Of a stretch of DNA of 64,000 nucleotides, positions 59,119 to 64,000 are shown one piece after another. How positions within the stretch are numbered: position 1 is the stretch's first letter; every line of letters starts with the position of its first letter. The notes under the pieces were generated by a model. It searched no databases, was not told where the DNA came from, and saw nothing but the letters and a program-made list of their open reading frames with translations. A program made the position numbers and the translations under genes. This DNA is from Limnothrix sp. BL-A-16 (GTDB taxonomy: Bacteria; Cyanobacteriota; Cyanobacteriia; CACIAM-69d), in contig CP166615.1 in NCBI GenBank assembly GCA_041937175.2, positions 2,048,001 to 2,112,000 of the forward strand, read 5' to 3'.

Positions 59119-59879
59119 TCCCATCACCGATCGTTGGTTGATCGCAGACTCATTGCAGGTTGATCCCGGGGCTGTTTTGCTCTGAACTAGTGGGCATTTA
59201 GCAATGATCCCAGTACCATTTTTGAGTGACTTCATCGTGACCCCGTGGTGATCCAAAGCACTCCAAATCGTCGCAACTGTCCGCATTACCGACGCTCGAT
59301 CGCGCTCTTGCGGCCTTCTGGTCACTTATCGGAAGCCCTCGGAGGCTGCTTCCAATCAGCGCGAATCTGCGTTAGAGTTTGACTGTCAGGGTGTCAGTCT
59401 TTTGATGTTCGTGCAATGTTTGGGATCTCAGCGGCTGAGCAGGTATGCCGATTGTCATAGGCTGGCTAAGAAATGCTGATGAATAATTCACTTAGTGAGC
59501 TTGACAGCCCGCATACCTGCTAGCCTGAGTTTCCAGAATCGGGTGCTGCCGTGGAGCTGTTATCGCTCCCGCTCAATCAGCGTCAGTTCCATCCCTTGGC
59601 CTCCAGTTCATGGAACTCTCATTCATTCGCTGTTAACAATGCATACCTTGGGCGATCGCCCCGGGAATTGTCTGTGGTGGTTTACCCGGGCCCAGGGGGC
59701 GGTTGTGGGGAAATGAGTGCAGCCGGATGGTCACGACACCAGCAACGACCGGTGACCCATAGGCGACCGGTAGCCTCTAAATTATCCAGAGGACTCATTG
59801 GGTGGATTGCGATTACTCTCTAATCCCCATCTGCTCTTGGTACAACGACTGACGTGGCAAATTCTGAGGGCGCTCTCGC

Positions 59880-61778
59880 GTGGCTGACTCCCTTCAACCT
59901 TCCTATGGTTCCGTGTCTCCAGGAAATAACCATCGGTTTGAGTCTTTGCTGGCCAATGCCAGTGACATCATCGTCATCCTTGATCAGCAAGGGACGTTTT
60001 GCTACGTTAGCCCTTCGGCCGAGCGGATTTTAGGATATTCCCCCCAAGAGGCCGTTAACCATCACCTCAGCACCTTCGTGCATGAGGACGATGTGCAGGT
60101 GGTGTTGCAAACCCTGTTGCGTTCCCTGGCGGAACCGGGGTTGAGTCAGCCCCCCGTTCGCTACCGTGTGCGCCACCGCAATGGAGACTGGAATTTGCTG
60201 GAGGCGGTCACGACCAATTTGTTGGATGATCCGTCGGTGCGGGGGGTGGTGGTGAACTGCCACGACATCACGGCCCATGAGCAGGCGGAAAGCTGGCTGC
60301 GATATCACGCGCTCTATGACCCATTGACGGCGCTGCCCAATCGGCGGGCTTTGGCGGAGCGGGTGCAGTCATTGATCGATCGAGAGCAGTTGGATTTTGC
60401 GCTGTTGTTGTTGGATGTGGATCGCTTCAAGCTGGTGAACAGCAGCCACGGCCACGGCACGGGCGATCGCCTGTTACAAATGATTGCTCGGCGGCTGGTT
60501 TCAGCCTTGCCTCAGCAGGGGATGGTGGCCCGGTTGGGCGGGGATGAGTTTGTGGTGCTGGCGGAGCAGGTACGGCAGTTGGAAACGGCGGAGGCCGTGA
60601 CCCAGCGGGTTCATGCGGCGCTGAGTGACCCGTTCACGATCGATGAGATGGAAATCTTTGCCAGCGCCAGTGTGGGGGTGGTGTTTAGCCGCACGGGGCC
60701 GGGCAAACCGGCCTATCGCCACGCGGAAGAGCTGCTGCGCGATGCGGATATTGCGATGTATCGGGCCAAGACCCTACGTCAGAGCCACTCGGTGGTGTTT
60801 GATCCCAGTATGCGCGATCGGGCGGTGGCACGCTTGCAACTGGAAAATCAACTTTGGCGGGCGATCGAGCGGGGGGAACTGGAACCCTACTATCAACCGA
60901 TCATTTGCTTGGCAACCGGGGAAGTGAAGGCCTTTGAGGCGCTGATCCGGTGGCATCACCCACAACGGGGCCTGATTTCTCCGGCGGAGTTTGTGCCGAT
61001 CGCGGAAGAAAGCGGGGTGATCAGCCAAATTGGGGAATGGGTGCTGGAAATGACCTGTCGCCACCTGCGCTACTGGAATTCGGGCTTGCGGGCCGGGCGA
61101 CCAACCACCGTGGCGGTGAACCTGTCGGTGCAACAGTTAGCCCAACCCAACTTGGCTCAGCACATGCGATCGATCTGTGTTCGAGAGGAAATTGATCCCA
61201 GTTGGATTGGGTTTGAGATTACCGAAAGCATGATGCTCGATCGCGAAGATACGATCGCCGCCACCTTGGCCGAGTTTCGGGAATTGGGCTTTCGACTCAG
61301 CATCGATGACTTTGGCACGGGCTATTCGTCCCTGAGTCGTTTACATCAACTGCCGATCGATACGCTGAAGATTGATCGCGCCTTTGTGGCCCCGATCGAG
61401 TCCGATGGGCGCAACGTGGCGATCGCCCGCACCATTTTGGCCCTGGCGGAAAGCCTGAATATGAACGTGGTGGCCGAGGGCATTGAAACATCCGCCCAAG
61501 CCCGTGAGCTACGCGCCTTGGGTTGCCAATACGGCCAAGGCTATTGGTTTTCGCCGCCGGTCAGCGGTTCCGGAGTGGCCAGCTTGCTGAATCATCGGTT
61601 CAACCTCGTTGAAGGAATCGCCACGCCCCCCATCTCCCGCCTTGGCACGGCCCCAGATTACCCGGACTATGGCGACTACCGGCAAGATTATTCAGAAGAC
61701 TGCGAAGGCTGTGAAGACTACAGGGACGATTATGCAGAGAATTATTCGGATTATCCGGTGAACTCCCAAGCCCCCTAG
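59880..61778 (+). CDS. PAS-GGDEF-EAL c-di-GMP enzyme
   Basis: PAS (YVSPS...FVHEDD); RLGGDEF; FEALIRW; DDFGTGYSSL. Confidence 0.92.
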   Translation: MADSLQPSYGSVSPGNNHRFESLLANASDIIVILDQQGTFCYVSPSAERILGYSPQEAVNHHLSTFVHEDDVQVVLQTLLRSLAEPGLSQPPVRYRVRHRNGDWNLLEAVTTNLLDDPSVRGVVVNCHDITAHEQAESWLRYHALYDPLTALPNRRALAERVQSLIDREQLDFALLLLDVDRFKLVNSSHGHGTGDRLLQMIARRLVSALPQQGMVARLGGDEFVVLAEQVRQLETAEAVTQRVHAALSDPFTIDEMEIFASASVGVVFSRTGPGKPAYRHAEELLRDADIAMYRAKTLRQSHSVVFDPSMRDRAVARLQLENQLWRAIERGELEPYYQPIICLATGEVKAFEALIRWHHPQRGLISPAEFVPIAEESGVISQIGEWVLEMTCRHLRYWNSGLRAGRPTTVAVNLSVQQLAQPNLAQHMRSICVREEIDPSWIGFEITESMMLDREDTIAATLAEFRELGFRLSIDDFGTGYSSLSRLHQLPIDTLKIDRAFVAPIESDGRNVAIARTILALAESLNMNVVAEGIETSAQARELRALGCQYGQGYWFSPPVSGSGVASLLNHRFNLVEGIATPPISRLGTAPDYPDYGDYRQDYSEDCEGCEDYRDDYAENYSDYPVNSQAP

Positions 61779-61801
61779 GCCAACTCTCTAGGCTAAAACC
61801 C

Positions 61802-62650
61802 CTAGGCCACCAACCCCGGAGTTGTCGTTTCCGGCACATGGTTCACCTGGGCCCAACCGCTAAATACCAATTGTTGGCCGCGGGTTTCGATCGTGTTGAT
61901 CCGCAGGGTCACCCCATCCAAATTGAAGCGATCGAGATCCACCAACTGATCCAAAACTTTGCCGAGCTGCTCACTGGCCGAAGCCGCCAGGGCGATCATT
62001 TCTTCGCCCAGAGCCGCGCGATCGGGCAGGCCATCGGGATCAAATTGGCAATTCAAAAACCGCAACCGACGGCGGCGCTCAATGCCCAAGGTCGCTTGCA
62101 GGGCGATCGGCACCGGTTGATCGGCCCCAAAACAAGCCTGGGCGCTAAGGGCAATGCGGTTACTGGCCAGCAAGCGCACCTGAAGCGATTGGAACGAAAC
62201 GCTTTCAGCCTTGGCCAGCTCGCCCCCTGGCAAGTTCTGCCAATCCTGGAGCGGCAAATTTTCCAAATGTTGAACGACCAAGGGAGCCGTGAAAGCCCGG
62301 TTGATATCTTCCTCTAGCAGCACCACCTTCGCGATCGCCTGGGTGGGTTGGCGCAGCGACAATCGCCCCTGCAACAGGCCCGCAAAGTCGATCGACACCG
62401 CATCGGTCTCGAATTCCATGGCCTCTGTGCGGAAGGCATGGCGAATCACCAAGCCCGAACCGGACATCTGGAAGCGATCGACCTGACCTTGCAGCAGCTT
62501 GATCGGCGGCGTACAGTCCACCCGCACCTCCACCCGATCGCTCGCGGTGAACAGGTGGCGGATAACCTGAGTAGCCACAACACTCAGCAACTGTTCGCCC
62601 CAGTCGGCACTTGGCATACTCGAAAACCTAGTTATCGATCCAAACATCAT
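61802..62650 (-). CDS. DUF2993 (LmeA-like) family protein
   Basis: DWGEQLL...IRHLF, KLLQGQVD.F.MSG.GLVIR and LVDLDRFNLDG. Confidence 0.7.
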   Translation of the reverse strand: MMFGSITRFSSMPSADWGEQLLSVVATQVIRHLFTASDRVEVRVDCTPPIKLLQGQVDRFQMSGSGLVIRHAFRTEAMEFETDAVSIDFAGLLQGRLSLRQPTQAIAKVVLLEEDINRAFTAPLVVQHLENLPLQDWQNLPGGELAKAESVSFQSLQVRLLASNRIALSAQACFGADQPVPIALQATLGIERRRRLRFLNCQFDPDGLPDRAALGEEMIALAASASEQLGKVLDQLVDLDRFNLDGVTLRINTIETRGQQLVFSGWAQVNHVPETTTPGLVA

Positions 62651-63528
62651 TTCAGCTAGCGATCAGTCGTTGGGATCTTGCTCCGGGGGACTGCCATCAA
62701 CCACGCATCACCCATGGCATTTTTCAGTTTCCTGCCCGATTCGCAGACCACCTGGGGTTGATTACTTTGATTTAGCAGCCTTTATTAAGAATCTTTTAAA
62801 ATTATTATGACAGAATATGACAAAAAACAACCCATCCCTTAAATTGCCCAATCAAAACGACTGATGCTGATCATTTTTACGGCTCAAGATTTTTGTCATT
62901 ATTTCAATACAGCCCTTACCTCGCTTAATAAGTACAGCGAACTGTAGGGTGAGCAATGCCCACCGACTAACAGCTTCGTAATCATCTGCGATCTGACGTA
63001 CCAATCGTTTGAGGTAAAGGCTATATTTGGTATTCCAGTTAACAATTATTTTCTTGAATTTTGATTATCTCATTTGCCTGAAATCTAGATTTTATTTCAG
63101 AAATTCTTGGATCAGCAATCGCTTCAACCTTGCTTCAGTGCCAATTTTCCAAGAGTCAAAATCCTGAGCAAAGTCCTAAGGTCGAGTTTTTTTGATTGCA
63201 ACCATGGAATTCTGTGTTGAATCTAATATTAGAAAAATCAATCAATAACATCAATAAAAACGATATTATAAATTCTATGAAATTCCATAAAAGCAATTTG
63301 AATGGTTAGTTTTGGCATGGTCAAGGGCGAGCCATCTCTTAATAGCCTACCCCCAATCATTGGGCAGATTTGCGTTTTCAACTTTCAGCTTTCAACGGGG
63401 AGCCAAAGGGCTGCCACAGCCTCACTCGCCACTGCTCCAAACAAGGCCATAAGACACGACACCAATTCAGCCCCATTCAGCGCAAACTTAGCAAATTCCC
63501 AACCCGATCGCCCTTGGAGCAAGGGAAA

Positions 63529-64000
63529 CTAGGCAGGAAACTGATTAAAGAAGGTGGCGATTTCTTGAAATGCCTGTTCGCGATCATAGTCCAGCGTCAG
63601 GATATGGTCTGATTTTTCCAACCAGCAAAGACGCTTGGACGAAGAACCCAGGGACTCAAAAAGATACAGCGCACCTTGGGGGTTCACCACCCGATCGCGC
63701 TTCGGTTGCACAATCAGCGTTGGAACCGTAATTTCCCCTAAGCGGGGCCGCACTTGTTGAATCAGCGCCAACGCACTCTGCACAGCGCCCAGGTGAAAGG
63801 AGCGATAGGGCGCGACCCGATCGGCCGCTGCCCGTCCTTCCGGATCCGCAATGGCCAAGGCCGATCGGGGCACTTCCTTCAACAGCGGATAAACCCAAGG
63901 CAACAACTGTTCCGCCGAGGGCAACCAGGCCGCAGGGCGAACAATTGCCATAAACGGACTCAGCAGCACCAACCCCCCGATCGATCGCTGGAGGGCTAGC
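63529..64000 (-). CDS. Alpha/beta-fold carboxylesterase, 5'-truncated by window edge
   Basis: Frame is open to the edge; PTLIVQ...DRVV (Asp) and SDHILTLD (His) triad motifs. Confidence 0.8.
   Translation of the reverse strand, partial: LALQRSIGGLVLLSPFMAIVRPAAWLPSAEQLLPWVYPLLKEVPRSALAIADPEGRAAADRVAPYRSFHLGAVQSALALIQQVRPRLGEITVPTLIVQPKRDRVVNPQGALYLFESLGSSSKRLCWLEKSDHILTLDYDREQAFQEIATFFNQFPA

Noticed and set aside
62650..63528. AT-rich 0.9-kb intergenic region (likewise 30130-30890)
   Set aside because: No convincing ORF, tRNA or structured repeat apart from one degenerate GTAG REP; probably promoter DNA
1..64000. Very frequent GCGATCGC / CGATCG
   Set aside because: This is the well-known cyanobacterial HIP1 motif; useful for taxonomy, not novel

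Overview
Cyanobacterial chromosomal window. The HIP1 octamer GCGATCGC is very dense, and the window carries ndhF3-ndhD3-cupA, ycf33 and a cyanobacteriochrome; the genus cannot be fixed from sequence alone. Most of it is housekeeping or metabolic (pdhB, gpsA, rbfA, arsM, tilS, gltA, sixA, pntA/B, dapL). Cyclic-nucleotide signalling is rich: a CyaB1-type adenylate cyclase, an MHYT/insert-Cys CBCR kinase operon with a GGDEF-EAL protein, a probable pseudokinase-diguanylate cyclase, and a PAS-GGDEF-EAL protein. Two accessory regions stand out. (1) At about 37.4-44.5 kb is a defence islet: a Type ISP restriction-modification gene coupled to an MntA/HepT toxin-antitoxin pair, bracketed by a 96-bp imperfect direct repeat and bordered by decayed genes. 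(2) At 54567-54914 is a 348-bp protein-free IS200/IS605-derived element with both end hairpins, an internal extended -10 promoter and a self-complementary ~290-nt omega-RNA-like sequence, possibly a stand-alone guide RNA for a TnpB acting in trans. No rRNA, tRNA or CRISPR array was found. All family assignments rest on motif recognition, not database searches.
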